Positions 46,829-57,542 of a DNA stretch of 64,000 nucleotides are shown here, in pieces. The notes under the pieces are model-generated. The model was not told the DNA's origin. It was given only the letters and a program-made list of their open reading frames with translations, and made no database searches. The DNA lies in assembly GCA_963665325.3 (NCBI GenBank), contig OZ224045.1:160001-224000 (forward strand). Direction: 5' to 3'. Each line of letters begins with the position of its first letter. Position 1 is the first letter of the stretch. Both the position numbers and the translations under genes were made by a program. This stretch comes from Alphaproteobacteria bacterium (GTDB lineage: Bacteria; Pseudomonadota; Alphaproteobacteria; Bin95).

Positions 46829-47569
46829 TCAGGACGCGAGGAAACCGCCGTCCACATAGAGTTCGACGCCAGTGCAATAACTGCTGTCGTCGGATGCAAG
46901 AAAGAGCACTGCCTTCGCCACCTCGTCGGCCCGGCCGTTGCGGGCCATCGGCACCCGGCGCAGCATCCGCTCCCGCACCACGGGGTCGGCAGTTGCGCCC
47001 GAAGTTCGCATTGGCGGCATCAATCCCGGATGGACCGAGTTCGCCCGTATGCCTTCGGGAGCGTGGCGCACGGCTACCGATTTCGTCAGCACCCGGATTG
47101 CCCCCTTCGACGCATTGTAGCCGTGATGGACGACGTCCTGGCCGACCACGCCCGAGATCGACGAGATGTTCACGATGACGCCGCCGCCTGCGGCCGCCAT
47201 CTTTGGCACGAAGTGCCGGCAGCCGAGGAATGCTCCGGTGACGTTGATGGCCATGAGGTTGTGCCATGCATCGAGATCGAACGGGTCGGCGTAGCCGCTA
47301 CCGCTGATCCCCGCATTGTTAACGAGAATATCGGCGTCCGGCCGGGCGGCGGCCAGTTCCGCCCACGCGGCATCTTCCGTCACGTCCAGACGGTGGAAGG
47401 ACGACTTTCCACCATTGGCGGCGATCTTCTCCGCCTGCGAACGGCCCTCATCCTCCAGGACATCCGCCACGACTACGTCCGCACCCTCGGACGCAAGGAG
47501 TTCGGCTGTCACCGCCCCCATCCCCCAGGCTCCTCCCGTCACGATCGCAGTCTTGCCGGCAAGCTTCAT
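46829..47569 (-). CDS. Short-chain dehydrogenase/reductase
   Basis: TGGAWGMG, NNAG, YNASK, VDGG. Confidence 0.93.
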   Translation of the reverse strand: MKLAGKTAIVTGGAWGMGAVTAELLASEGADVVVADVLEDEGRSQAEKIAANGGKSSFHRLDVTEDAAWAELAAARPDADILVNNAGISGSGYADPFDLDAWHNLMAINVTGAFLGCRHFVPKMAAAGGGVIVNISSISGVVGQDVVHHGYNASKGAIRVLTKSVAVRHAPEGIRANSVHPGLMPPMRTSGATADPVVRERMLRRVPMARNGRADEVAKAVLFLASDDSSYCTGVELYVDGGFLAS

Positions 47570-47773
47570 CGTTTTTCTCCCGCACCGAGGTCCTGCACAA
47601 AGCGGCGCTCATCATGGAGCAAGCGGAAACGCCCCGAAAGATAGGGCGTTGCCGGAGCGGTTCGATGAACATGACGCAGCAATGGACAGGCGCGACAGGC
47701 CGGGAATCGTTCGATATGGTGGCCGCAGGTCGTTGCGGCCCCGACGTCCGGACTCGCGAATGAAGGGAAGGCG

Positions 47774-48787
47774 ATGCGGCGTGTCGCTGTCGTGCTTGCG
47801 GTGCTGGTGGCCGTCGGTTGTGCCGCCGGCAACGGACGAGCCGCCAATTTCGACGGTTGGTTGGCGGAGTTCCGCGCCGAAGCCGCGGGGAAAGGCATTT
47901 CGTCTGCCACGCTGGACGCTGCGCTCAGCGGGCTCCGACCGCTGAAGAAGGTGCTGAACCGCGACCGCAAGCAACCGGAGTTCAAGCTGACCTTCGAGAC
48001 CTACAGCGCCCGCCTGCTCAAACCCGTCAATATCGAACGGGGCAGGGCGATGATGGCCGAACATGCCGGGCTGCTCCGGCGGGTGTCGGACCGCTATGGT
48101 GTGCAACCGCGTTTCATTGTCGCAATCTGGGGCATCGAGACCCGCTACGGCGCCATCAGGGGCAGCACGGAAATCGTGCCGGCGCTCGCAACGCTCGCTT
48201 TCGACCGGCGGCGGTCCCGCTTCTTTCGCGCGCAATTGCTCGATGCGCTGCGCATGGTGGACAAGGGCTATATCGAGCTTGCCGACATGAAGGGCTCCTG
48301 GGCTGGAGCGATGGGCCATCCTCAATTCATTCCGTCCAGCTATCTTGCCTTCGCCCAGGATTTCGACGGCGACGGCCGGCGCGACATCTGGAATAATCTG
48401 GGCGATGTTTTCGCCTCAATTGCCAACTATCTCCACCGGCACGGTTGGTCGAATGCGCGCACATGGGGGCGCGGGGCACGGGTGCCAAAGACGGTAAGAC
48501 AAGCCTACGACTCGATGCTCGCCGGCGAGGCGAAGGGATGCCGCGCGCTCTGGCAGGCAACGAAGCCGCGCAGGCTGGGTGAATGGCAGGCCGCGGGCCT
48601 GCGCCGCCTGTCAGGTGCGGCGCTGCCTGCCGTAAAGCTCGATGCGAGGCTGCTTATGCCCGACGGCGCGGGAGGAAAGGCTTTTCTCGTCTATCGCAAC
48701 TACGAGAGTCTGTTGCGCTACAACTGCTCGAACCTTTATGCACTGACGGTCGGGCTGTTGTCGGATGCCGTCGGAGGGCGTCGATGA
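47774..48787 (+). CDS. mltB: Lytic murein transglycosylase (MltB family)
   Basis: [47 protein letters not shown]. Confidence 0.92.
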   Translation: MRRVAVVLAVLVAVGCAAGNGRAANFDGWLAEFRAEAAGKGISSATLDAALSGLRPLKKVLNRDRKQPEFKLTFETYSARLLKPVNIERGRAMMAEHAGLLRRVSDRYGVQPRFIVAIWGIETRYGAIRGSTEIVPALATLAFDRRRSRFFRAQLLDALRMVDKGYIELADMKGSWAGAMGHPQFIPSSYLAFAQDFDGDGRRDIWNNLGDVFASIANYLHRHGWSNARTWGRGARVPKTVRQAYDSMLAGEAKGCRALWQATKPRRLGEWQAAGLRRLSGAALPAVKLDARLLMPDGAGGKAFLVYRNYESLLRYNCSNLYALTVGLLSDAVGGRR

Positions 48788-49644
48788 TCCGCGCTCTTTC
48801 GCTGTTGCTGGCACTGGCGGTATGCGCCTGCAGTTCGCCGGACGCGACCAAGCGGACGGCAAAGACCGGCGAACGCAGCGGAAAGGTTGTGGACAGGCGC
48901 CTCGGTGTGTCGGCGTCGCCTTACCGTCCGCTGACCTACAATGTCAGCAGCTACAAGGTCGGCGCGCCCTACAAGATCGCCGAACGTTGGTACAGCCCGA
49001 AGAAATACGAGCACTTTTCCGAAACCGGTATCGCGTCCTGGTACGGACACAGATTCCATAGTCGTCAGACTGCTAACGGCGAAGTCTTCAATATGTACGC
49101 GATGACTGCGGCGCATCGCGTCCTGCCGATGCCAAGCGTGGTGCGCGTCACCAATCTCAGCAACAGGAAGAGCGTGGTCGTGCGCATCAACGACCGCGGA
49201 CCCTATGCGCATGAGCGTATTATCGACCTCTCGCTCGCCGCAGCCGAAAAGATCGGCTTCCGGCGCAAGGGCGTCACCAGGGTGAGGGTCGAATTGCTGC
49301 CCGAGCTGAGCCGCAGGGTCGTCCGCATTGCCAGGAGCGGTGGCGGCGCCCGGAAACAAGACCGCCTTGTGGCCGAATTCGTCGGGGGCGGTACCGCCCG
49401 GCCCGGCGTGTACTACGTTCAGGCTGGCACATTTCGCGACCGCAGGAATGCAGAGACCATGGCGAACCGGTTGAGGCGGCATTTTGACGATGTGCTGGTT
49501 CACTCCAGCACGGCGAACAACGGCAGGGTCCTGCACCGCGTCCGCATCGGACCCGAAAACAGCAGGCAGTCGGCCAAGGCGTTGCAGGCCCGCGTACAGG
49601 CGCGCGGGTCGCGGGACGCTTTCGTCGTCCGCTCGACGGGGTAG
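48784..49644 (+). CDS. rlpA: Septal ring lytic transglycosylase RlpA (DPBB + SPOR)
   Basis: Lipobox, [34 protein letters not shown]. Confidence 0.93.
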   Translation: MIRALSLLLALAVCACSSPDATKRTAKTGERSGKVVDRRLGVSASPYRPLTYNVSSYKVGAPYKIAERWYSPKKYEHFSETGIASWYGHRFHSRQTANGEVFNMYAMTAAHRVLPMPSVVRVTNLSNRKSVVVRINDRGPYAHERIIDLSLAAAEKIGFRRKGVTRVRVELLPELSRRVVRIARSGGGARKQDRLVAEFVGGGTARPGVYYVQAGTFRDRRNAETMANRLRRHFDDVLVHSSTANNGRVLHRVRIGPENSRQSAKALQARVQARGSRDAFVVRSTG

Positions 49645-49655
49645 GGGGCGCTCTC

Positions 49656-50786
49656 ATGCGGTTCGTTGCTTCCGCCATGCTGGCACTGCTGCTTCTCGCG
49701 ACGGTTGCCCGCGCCGATACGACGATCGCGCCTAACGCGATACTGATCGACGGGACCACCGGAACGGTCCTGCTCGAAAAGAATGCGGACGAGCCGCTGC
49801 CGCCGGCATCGATGAGCAAGCTCATGACGGTGCTGATGGTCTTCGAGCGGCTGAACGCCGGCGTCCTTTCCATCGACCAGACCTTCCCGGTCAGCCGCAA
49901 GGCCTGGAAGATGGGCGGCTCCAAGACGTTCGTGCGCGTCAACAGGCGCGTCTCGGTCGGCGACCTGCTGCGCGGCGTCATCGTGCAGTCGGGCAACGAC
50001 GCCTCCATCGTGATCGCCGAAGGAATTTCCGGCAGCGAGGAAGCGTTCGCCGATGCCATGACGGCGCGTGCGCGCGAGCTGGGCCTCGTCAGCGCCAGTT
50101 TCCGGAATGCGACCGGCTGGCCACATCCCGAGCATGTCATATCCGCGCGTGACCTCGCGCGCCTCGCGCAGATTCTCGTGACCGAATTTCCCGAACAGTA
50201 CGCGATGTTTGCGGAGCGGGAGTTCGAGTTCAACGGGATAAAGCAGCGGAACCGCAACCCGTTGCTGGGCCGCGTTGCGGGCGCCGACGGCCTCAAGACC
50301 GGCCATACGAATGTTTCGGGATACGGCCTGACCGCCTCGGCGGAGCGGGACGGGCGGCGGCTCTATCTGGTCCTGAACGGCCTGCAAAACTCGAGGGCGC
50401 GCGCGCGGGAAGCGGAAAGGCTGATCGAGTGGGGCTTCAGGGAGTTCGCGGCCTATCCCCTGTTGAAGAAGGGGGAGACGGTAGAGACGGCGGCGGTATG
50501 GCTCGGCAGCCTGGACCGTGTGCCGCTGGTCCCGAGCCGCGACGTGGTGCTGTCGCTGAAGCGCCAGGCGCGCTCCGGGCTCAAGGCTTCCGTCAGGTGG
50601 ACCGGGCCGGTCGTCGCACCGGTTGCGGAAGGCCAGCAACTCGCAACGCTTCGCCTTGAGGCGCCCGGCATCCAGCCGGTCGAGCATTTGCTTTATGCCG
50701 GAGCGAAGGTCGAGCGGGTTGGCTTCTTCGGCCGCATCTTCGAACGGGTGCGCGCCATGATTTTCGGCTTCGACCCCACGGCGTGA
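49656..50786 (+). CDS. dacA: D-alanyl-D-alanine carboxypeptidase
   Basis: PASMSK, SGN, KTG motifs; PBP5 C-terminal domain. Confidence 0.92.
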   Translation: MRFVASAMLALLLLATVARADTTIAPNAILIDGTTGTVLLEKNADEPLPPASMSKLMTVLMVFERLNAGVLSIDQTFPVSRKAWKMGGSKTFVRVNRRVSVGDLLRGVIVQSGNDASIVIAEGISGSEEAFADAMTARARELGLVSASFRNATGWPHPEHVISARDLARLAQILVTEFPEQYAMFAEREFEFNGIKQRNRNPLLGRVAGADGLKTGHTNVSGYGLTASAERDGRRLYLVLNGLQNSRARAREAERLIEWGFREFAAYPLLKKGETVETAAVWLGSLDRVPLVPSRDVVLSLKRQARSGLKASVRWTGPVVAPVAEGQQLATLRLEAPGIQPVEHLLYAGAKVERVGFFGRIFERVRAMIFGFDPTA

Positions 50787-51403
50787 CAGGCAGGCTGATA
50801 ACCTTCGAGGGCGGCGACGGGGCCGGAAAGTCGACCCAGATCGCCCGGCTTGCCGATTATCTGGCCGGGTTCGGCATCCCGGTTCTTTGCACCCGAGAGC
50901 CGGGCGGCACGGCCGAAGCGGAAGCCATTCGCGCGTTGCTTGTCTCCGGAGAGGCGGACTGGGACCCGCTGACGGAAGCGATGCTGCACTACGCCGCGCG
51001 GCGCGAGCATGTCGAGAAGCGCATCCGGCCGGCCCTGGCGGCAGGAGAATGGGTAATTTCCGACCGGTTTTACGACTCCACGGTCGCTTATCAATGTTAC
51101 GGCCAGGGCCTTGCGGCGGAAGACGAGGCGGCTTTGCGACGACTCGCTATCGGCGGCTTGCAGCCCGACCTCACCCTGATGCTGGACATTCCGGTGGAAA
51201 CCGGGCGGGAAAGGGCGCAGGCAAGGCAAAAGAGCCGCTACGAGGCAATGAATGACGACCTGCATCTTCGCGTACGCGCAGGGTTTCTCGAGATCGCCCG
51301 CCGGGAGCCGCAGCGCGTGGCGGTTGTCGATGCCGCACGGGACCCGGACAATGTGGCGGCGGCCGTGCAGACCATTGTCGCAGGGCGTTTCGGCCTGTCA
51401 TGA
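50783..51403 (+). CDS. tmk: Thymidylate kinase
   Basis: FEGGDGAGKSTQ, TREPGG, SDRFYDSTVAYQ. Confidence 0.96.
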   Translation: MTGRLITFEGGDGAGKSTQIARLADYLAGFGIPVLCTREPGGTAEAEAIRALLVSGEADWDPLTEAMLHYAARREHVEKRIRPALAAGEWVISDRFYDSTVAYQCYGQGLAAEDEAALRRLAIGGLQPDLTLMLDIPVETGRERAQARQKSRYEAMNDDLHLRVRAGFLEIARREPQRVAVVDAARDPDNVAAAVQTIVAGRFGLS

Positions 51404-52413
51404 CGGCCGGAGAGATACCGGAGCCCCGAAAGCGGGAAAGGTTTGTCGGCCATCCCGCCGCGGCCGGGATGCTTGCTGCCGGTGCCGCGGCCGGCAGGCT
51501 GCACCACGCCTGGATTCTGGCCGGTCCGCGCGGTATCGGCAAGGCGACGCTTGCCTTCAGGTTCGCCCGCTACCTCCTTGCCGGGCAAGGCGGATCCCTT
51601 CTGGCGGAGGCTGAGCCTGCACCACTCCATCTGGCGGCCGAAGACCCGGTTTTCCGCCGGGTGGCGTCGGGCGGTCATGCAGACTTGCGGGTGGTCGAGC
51701 CGGCCGGGGCGCGCGGTGAGGTCCGGGTGGACGCAATACGCGATGCAGGCCGTTTCTTGCGTCTGACGCCGGGCGAGTCGGCATGGCGGGTCTTGGTAGT
51801 GGACGGGGCGGATACCATGAACCCGAACGCGCAGAACGCAGCGCTCAAATTGCTGGAGGAGCCGCCGCCCAACGTGTTGATTTTGCTGGTTGCCCACCGG
51901 CCGTCCCTGCTGCTTCCGACCGTTCGTTCACGCTGCCGCATGTTGCGCCTGGCCCCCTTGGACCGGCCAGAGTTCGACGAGGTGCTTCGCGAGGTCGCGC
52001 CCGAACTGGACGCCGAAGCGTACGCGCGCCTGTTCGCGGTTTCGGGCGGCAGTCCCGGCGCGGCGCTGGAGTTGGAGCAGCTCGGCGGGCGCGCCCTCCA
52101 GGACGCAGTCGACGCTTTGCTCGACTCTCTTCCGGAAATCAACCGTCAGGCGCTGGACAGGATTGCAGCCGCGGCAACGGAAAACCGGGAAGCCGCGCAT
52201 TTCCAGGCGTTCGGGCGCATCCTCGCGACGGGTCTGGCTGAGCGCCTGCGTGCCGCCGATCCCGATTCTGCATGGCTGAACGCCGAGGCCGGCGTGTCCC
52301 GCTTGCTGGAGCGCAGTACCGCCCTTTCTCTCGACCGCCGCCAGACGGTGTACGAGATTTTCAGCATGCTCGCCCGGGCAGCCGCCGGCACAGGGCAGGG
52401 CGTCGTCGCTTGA
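51400..52413 (+). CDS. holB: DNA polymerase III delta' subunit
   Basis: LHHAWILAGPRGIGKATLA, NAALKLLEEPP, LLPTVRSRC; follows tmk. Confidence 0.93.
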   Translation: MTAGEIPEPRKRERFVGHPAAAGMLAAGAAAGRLHHAWILAGPRGIGKATLAFRFARYLLAGQGGSLLAEAEPAPLHLAAEDPVFRRVASGGHADLRVVEPAGARGEVRVDAIRDAGRFLRLTPGESAWRVLVVDGADTMNPNAQNAALKLLEEPPPNVLILLVAHRPSLLLPTVRSRCRMLRLAPLDRPEFDEVLREVAPELDAEAYARLFAVSGGSPGAALELEQLGGRALQDAVDALLDSLPEINRQALDRIAAAATENREAAHFQAFGRILATGLAERLRAADPDSAWLNAEAGVSRLLERSTALSLDRRQTVYEIFSMLARAAAGTGQGVVA

Positions 52414-52473
52414 TTCCGCCAATTATTAGTGGGACAACCGGGCCGTGTTCCGGGACCCGGATGTCCTAACCCC

Positions 52474-54030
52474 ATGAGCGACGGCACGCCGTTCTACATC
52501 ACGACACCGATCTACTACGTAAACGATGCGCCGCATATCGGCCACGCGTACACGACGGTTGCCTGCGACGTGCTCGCGCGCTTCAAGCGGCTCGATGGCT
52601 ACGATGTCCGGTTCCTGACAGGCACGGACGAGCACGGTCAGAAGGTCGAGAAGGCGGCCGAGGCGGCGGGCGAGGCGCCGCAGCCCTTCACCGACCGAAT
52701 GTCCGCAAATTTCCGCGACCTGGCGGCGACGCTGCACACGTCGAATGACATTTTCATGCGTACCACGGAGGATCGCCACAGGCTTGCAAGCCAGGGAATC
52801 TGGAATGCCCTGGTGGCTGCGGGTGACATCTATCTGGGCAGCTATGCGGGCTGGTATTCGGTGCGCGACGAGGCGTTCTTCACCGAAACCGAGGTCACCA
52901 AGCGCAGCGACGGCGCCCGGATCGCGCCGACGGGCGCCGAATGCGAATGGGTCGAGGAACCCAGCTATTTCTTCCGGCTCTCGGCATGGCAGGACCGGCT
53001 GCTGGCCTTCTACGAGGCTAATCCGGACTTCATCGGACCGCCAAGCCGGCGCAACGAGGTCGTCAGCTTCGTGCGTGGCGGCCTGCAGGACCTGTCGGTC
53101 TCGCGCACGACGTTCAACTGGGGCATCCCGGTTCCCGGAGACGACGCCCATGTCATGTATGTCTGGCTGGATGCGCTGACCAACTACATTACCGGCGTCG
53201 GCTACCCCGAGACGGACTCAGCATCTTTCCGGCGCCACTGGCCGGCCGACCTTCACATGGTCGGCAAGGACATCGTGCGCTTCCACGCGGTCTATTGGCC
53301 GGCTTTCCTCATGGCCGCCGGCGTGGCTCCGCCCAGGCGGGTGTACGCCCATGGCTGGTGGACCAACGAGGGCGAGAAAATCTCGAAATCGGTCGGCAAT
53401 GTCATCGACCCCTACGACCTGATCGAGCGATACGGGCTTGACCAGCTTCGCTATTTCCTGCTTCGCGAGGTGCCTTTCGGCAATGACGGCGACTTTTCGC
53501 ACCGTTCGATGGTCCAGCGCATGAACGGCGAGCTCGCCAACGACTACGGCAACCTTGTGCAGCGGACGCTATCGATGATCGCCCGGAATTGCGGCGGCAG
53601 ACTGCCCGAACCGGGACCGTTCTCTACCGGGGACAAGCAATTGCTCGGCGAAGCCGGCGGCTTGCTCGGAGCATTGCGGGCGGCGATGGACCGGCAGGCA
53701 TTCCATCAGGCGCTGGAAGAGATCTGGCGCGTCGTTCGCGCTGCGAACGCCTATGTCGCCCGCGAGGAGCCCTGGACCCTGCGCAAGAACGACCCAGAGC
53801 GCATGGGGACGGTGCTTTACGTTGCCGCCGAGGCCATCAGAGGTCTTGCGCTCGCGACCCTGCCGTTCATGCCGGACGCCTCCGAGCGCATCCTCGACCA
53901 GCTTGCGGTGGACCCGGAGGCCCGCAATTTCGAGGCATTCGGCGAAGCCGGCGCCCTTCGGTCCGGCGCTGCGCTGCCGAAACCGCAAGGCGTTTTCCCG
54001 CGCTTCACGGGCGAGGAGGCGCAATGCTGA
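52474..54030 (+). CDS. metG: Methionyl-tRNA synthetase
   Basis: YITTPIYY..PHIGHAY, GTDEHG, YVWLDAL, KISKS. Confidence 0.97.
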   Translation: MSDGTPFYITTPIYYVNDAPHIGHAYTTVACDVLARFKRLDGYDVRFLTGTDEHGQKVEKAAEAAGEAPQPFTDRMSANFRDLAATLHTSNDIFMRTTEDRHRLASQGIWNALVAAGDIYLGSYAGWYSVRDEAFFTETEVTKRSDGARIAPTGAECEWVEEPSYFFRLSAWQDRLLAFYEANPDFIGPPSRRNEVVSFVRGGLQDLSVSRTTFNWGIPVPGDDAHVMYVWLDALTNYITGVGYPETDSASFRRHWPADLHMVGKDIVRFHAVYWPAFLMAAGVAPPRRVYAHGWWTNEGEKISKSVGNVIDPYDLIERYGLDQLRYFLLREVPFGNDGDFSHRSMVQRMNGELANDYGNLVQRTLSMIARNCGGRLPEPGPFSTGDKQLLGEAGGLLGALRAAMDRQAFHQALEEIWRVVRAANAYVAREEPWTLRKNDPERMGTVLYVAAEAIRGLALATLPFMPDASERILDQLAVDPEARNFEAFGEAGALRSGAALPKPQGVFPRFTGEEAQC

Positions 54031-54803
54031 TAGACAGCCACTGCCACCTCGATTTCCCGGACTTCGAAGGCGAGGTGGACGCGCTGGTCGAACGCGCGCA
54101 TGAAGCCGGGGTCGGCTGCATGGTGACGATCTGTACCCGTCCACGCCAGGCCGAGGCCGTCATCGCGCTGGCGGAACGCCATGAGAGCGTGTTCTGCGCC
54201 ATTGGCCTGCATCCGCATCACGTCGCGGTCGAAGGCATGCCGGAAGAGGGCGACCTCGTGGAATTCGCCCGGCACCCCAAGGTCGTGGCGTTGGGCGAGA
54301 CCGGGCTCGACTACCACTACGACCGGAGCCCGCGTGACCTCCAGCAGGAGAGTTTCCGGCGCCATATCCGCGCATCCGCAAGCGCGGGCGTGCCGTTCGT
54401 CGTGCACAGCCGCAACGCCGATACGGACACGGCGTCGATCCTTGAGGAAGAGGCGGCGGGGCAGGTTCCGGGCGTGATGCACTGCTTCAGCAGCGGGCAC
54501 GGACTTGCCGACAAGGCTTTGGAATTAGGCCTTTATATTTCGTTTTCAGGCATAGTGACGTTCCGTAACTCGGACGCCTTGCGCGAGATTGCTGCCGCTG
54601 TTCCGCTCGACCGCATGTTGGTGGAAACCGATGCGCCGTTCCTGGCCCCGGTGCCGATGCGGGGCAAGCGCAACGAGCCGGCCTATGTGGTCCACACGGC
54701 GGCTGTTGCGGCGGAATTGAAGGGCGTTTCCGGCGAAGCCTTCGCAGCAGCCAGCACGGACAACTTCTTCCGCCTGTTCCCGAAGGCGCAGACTTGCGGG
54801 TAA
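54024..54803 (+). CDS. TatD-family nuclease
   Basis: MLIDSHCHLD, GETGLDY, HSRNA, VETDAPFLAP. Confidence 0.93.
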   Translation: MLIDSHCHLDFPDFEGEVDALVERAHEAGVGCMVTICTRPRQAEAVIALAERHESVFCAIGLHPHHVAVEGMPEEGDLVEFARHPKVVALGETGLDYHYDRSPRDLQQESFRRHIRASASAGVPFVVHSRNADTDTASILEEEAAGQVPGVMHCFSSGHGLADKALELGLYISFSGIVTFRNSDALREIAAAVPLDRMLVETDAPFLAPVPMRGKRNEPAYVVHTAAVAAELKGVSGEAFAAASTDNFFRLFPKAQTCG

Positions 54804-56404
54804 CCGTGCTCGGCTGCGGCGGTTCGGCCGGCGTGCCTGTCGCCAGCGGGGACTGGGGCGCCTGCGACCCGGACGACCCGCGTAACCGGCGCAAGCGGCC
54901 TTCGATCCTGGTCGAGGCGAGCGGCGCGCGCATCGCTGTCGATACGGGGCCGGATTTCCGTGAGCAATGGCTGTCCGTCGGCGGCGGCCGGCTGGATGCA
55001 GTCGTCTACACCCATGCCCATGCGGACCATATCCACGGTATCGACGACCTGAAGTCGCTTTGCACCGAACGCGGCGGCCCCATAGATGTGTACGGCCGCC
55101 CGGAGGTGTTGGAGCGGCTCCGGCAGAGGTTCCCTTACGCCTTCTCCGAACCCGCCGACGGACCGCCATATTTCCGGCCCTGCGTGAGGCCGCACCCGGT
55201 CGGGGAACGCTTCGAGATTGCCGGCATCGCGTTCCGGGCCTTCGAGCAGCAGCACGGGCAGGGCCGCTCGACGGGCCTCAGGATCGGGAGCTTCGCCTAC
55301 AGTACCGACGTCTCGGCCCTCGACGAGGCCGCGTTCGAGGCGCTGGAGGGAATCGACACCTGGATCGTCGGGGCCGGCCACGCGGACTTTCCGAGCGGCA
55401 ACCACGCCTTCCTTCCGGTTGTCCTGGAATGGGCGGAGCGCCTCGGGCCGAAGCGTGTCGTGCTGACGCATCTCAATCACTATATGGATTACCGGACACT
55501 CGCCGCCGAACTGCCGCAGGGCGTTGAGCCCGGCATTGACGGCATGACCCTCGAGATACTCCCGAATGCACCTGCCGTTATTTCCCATAATATACATTAT
55601 GCGATAATCGGATCGCAACCTGTTGATTCCCTTTTGGAAATCATGGCGACCCTGCGCGCACCCTCTATCGGTTGTCCTTGGGATATCGAGCAGAACTTCG
55701 AGACGATCGCGCCCTATACGGTCGAGGAAGCCTATGAGGTGGCGGAGGCAATTCGCTGCGGCGATCTCGACGCGCTGCGCGAGGAACTGGGCGACCTGCT
55801 CTTCCAGGTCGTGTTCCACGCACGGATGGCGGAAGAACGCGGCGCGTTCGCGTTCGGGGATGTCGTCAATGCGGTTTCCACCAAGATGGTGGCGCGCCAC
55901 CCGCATGTCTTCGGCGACGGCAAGATTGCCGATGCCGAGGTGCAGAGCGCGAATTGGGAGATGCACAAGGAACGGGAGCGGCAAAGAAAGGCTGCAGTTT
56001 CCGGCGCAGCGCGGTCCAGCGCGCTCGACGATGTGCCACTGGCCCTGCCGGCGTTGATGCGAGCGGAAAAACTGCAACGCCGCGCTGCGCGCACCGGATT
56101 CGACTGGCCGAACGCCGCGCCTGTCTTCGACAAGGTGCGCGAGGAACTCAACGAAGTTGCGGCTCCGGGCGCCGATATTCCGGCCGAACTGGGCGACCTG
56201 CTCTTTTCCGCCGTCAATCTCGCGCGTAAGCTTGGCTTTGCGCCGGAAACCGTGCTGCGGGACGCAAATGCCCGTTTCGAATGGCGTTTTCGCCGGGTCG
56301 AGGCTCTCGCACAGGGGGAAGGTTTGGTGCTGAAGGCAGCGCCGCTCACGGAACTGGATCGCTTGTGGGATCTGGCAAAACGGGAAGAACGGGATGCAGG
56401 CTGA
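54794..56404 (+). CDS. mazG: MBL-fold hydrolase (PhnP-like) fused in frame to MazG nucleoside triphosphate pyrophosphohydrolase
   Basis: THAHADHIHG and LTHLNH in N-half; GCPWDIEQ, EEAYEV, EELGDLL, RHPHVF in C-half; no stop between. Confidence 0.85.
   Translation: MRVTVLGCGGSAGVPVASGDWGACDPDDPRNRRKRPSILVEASGARIAVDTGPDFREQWLSVGGGRLDAVVYTHAHADHIHGIDDLKSLCTERGGPIDVYGRPEVLERLRQRFPYAFSEPADGPPYFRPCVRPHPVGERFEIAGIAFRAFEQQHGQGRSTGLRIGSFAYSTDVSALDEAAFEALEGIDTWIVGAGHADFPSGNHAFLPVVLEWAERLGPKRVVLTHLNHYMDYRTLAAELPQGVEPGIDGMTLEILPNAPAVISHNIHYAIIGSQPVDSLLEIMATLRAPSIGCPWDIEQNFETIAPYTVEEAYEVAEAIRCGDLDALREELGDLLFQVVFHARMAEERGAFAFGDVVNAVSTKMVARHPHVFGDGKIADAEVQSANWEMHKERERQRKAAVSGAARSSALDDVPLALPALMRAEKLQRRAARTGFDWPNAAPVFDKVREELNEVAAPGADIPAELGDLLFSAVNLARKLGFAPETVLRDANARFEWRFRRVEALAQGEGLVLKAAPLTELDRLWDLAKREERDAG
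55580..55607 (-). other. Chromosomal dif site (XerC/XerD)
   Basis: Minus strand TTATCGCATAA-TGTATA-TTATGGGAAAT versus E. coli GGTGCGCATAA-TGTATA-TTATGTTAAAT; AT-rich island; KOPS mostly converge on it. Confidence 0.85.
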
Positions 56405-57542
56405 ACTTCAACAGGAACTCTCCCGCCGCCTATTCGCCCATCTGGACGCGGGAAAGACCGATGTCTGGCCCGAGGTCGTCCGGCAGCCGGTCAGCGCCTA
56501 TACCTGCGCCGATCGGGCCGACCGCGAGCGGCGGGACTTGTTCCAGCGCCGCCCGCTCTTCGTCGGTCTTTCGGGCCTGCTGCCGAACCCCGGCGACTGG
56601 GTCACGAGCGACGAAACCGGCATTCCGATCCTGATTGTCAGGGGGCGCAACGGCCGGCTTCGGGCTTTCGCGAATGTCTGCCGCCATCGGGGCGCGAAAC
56701 TGGCGCAGGGCCAGGGGTGCGGTGCAGCGGCCTTCACCTGCCCCTACCACGGCTGGACCTACGATCTGGACGGGCGCCTGATCGGGTTGCCGGACGAGCG
56801 CAATTTTCCCGGTGTCTCACGTGCCGACCATGGCCTCGCGGCGGTGCCCGTGGCCGAGAAGCACGGCATGGTCTTCGTCCAGGCGACGGCGGGGGACGAT
56901 TTCGACGTCGATGCCCTGCTCGAAGGCATGGGCCAGGAACTCGCGCCCTACGGCCTCGAAGGTTGGACGCCCTACTCCCGCCAATGCTTCGACCTGTCCA
57001 TGAACTGGAAGATTGCCCTGGACACGTTCCTCGAGCCCTACCACTTCCCGTTCCTGCACAAGAACACGGTCGGCCCGATCTTCATCGCCAATGTCTGCCT
57101 CTATGACGGTTTCGGGCCGCATCTGCGCGAGGTGTTTCCGCGCCGCGGCCTGCGCGAGATGCGCGAAAAGCCGCCGGAAGACTGGGACCTCGTGGACAAT
57201 TCGGCACTCATCTATGTGTTCTTCCCGAACACGGCCTTCATCGTCCAGAAGGACCATATGGAAGTCTGGCGCTGCTTCCCCCGGCTCGGTGGCGGCCCCG
57301 GGGAATCGACCGTGCTGTTCGAGTTCTACATTCCGGAGCCCGTGCGGAGCGAGAAGGCGCGCATCCACTGGGACAAGAATGTCGATCTGGCGGTGCGCAC
57401 GGTGATCGAGGAGGACTTCCCGACCGGCGAGACGATCCAGGCGGGCTTCGCTGCCGGGGTCAACGCGCATGTCACCATCGGCCGGAACGAACCGGCCGTC
57501 GCCCATTTCGAAACGACGGTGAACCGCTACGCCGCGGCCTGA
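56394..57542 (+). CDS. Rieske aromatic-ring-hydroxylating oxygenase alpha subunit
   Basis: NVCRHRG..CPYHGWTY, NWK..EPYHFPFLH, ED motif. Confidence 0.92.
   Translation: MQAELQQELSRRLFAHLDAGKTDVWPEVVRQPVSAYTCADRADRERRDLFQRRPLFVGLSGLLPNPGDWVTSDETGIPILIVRGRNGRLRAFANVCRHRGAKLAQGQGCGAAAFTCPYHGWTYDLDGRLIGLPDERNFPGVSRADHGLAAVPVAEKHGMVFVQATAGDDFDVDALLEGMGQELAPYGLEGWTPYSRQCFDLSMNWKIALDTFLEPYHFPFLHKNTVGPIFIANVCLYDGFGPHLREVFPRRGLREMREKPPEDWDLVDNSALIYVFFPNTAFIVQKDHMEVWRCFPRLGGGPGESTVLFEFYIPEPVRSEKARIHWDKNVDLAVRTVIEEDFPTGETIQAGFAAGVNAHVTIGRNEPAVAHFETTVNRYAAA

Noticed and set aside
45066-47267. 733-aa ORF extending the ThDP enzyme
   Set aside because: The extension overlaps the SDR gene in another frame; homology starts at MPSPSNT (46727).
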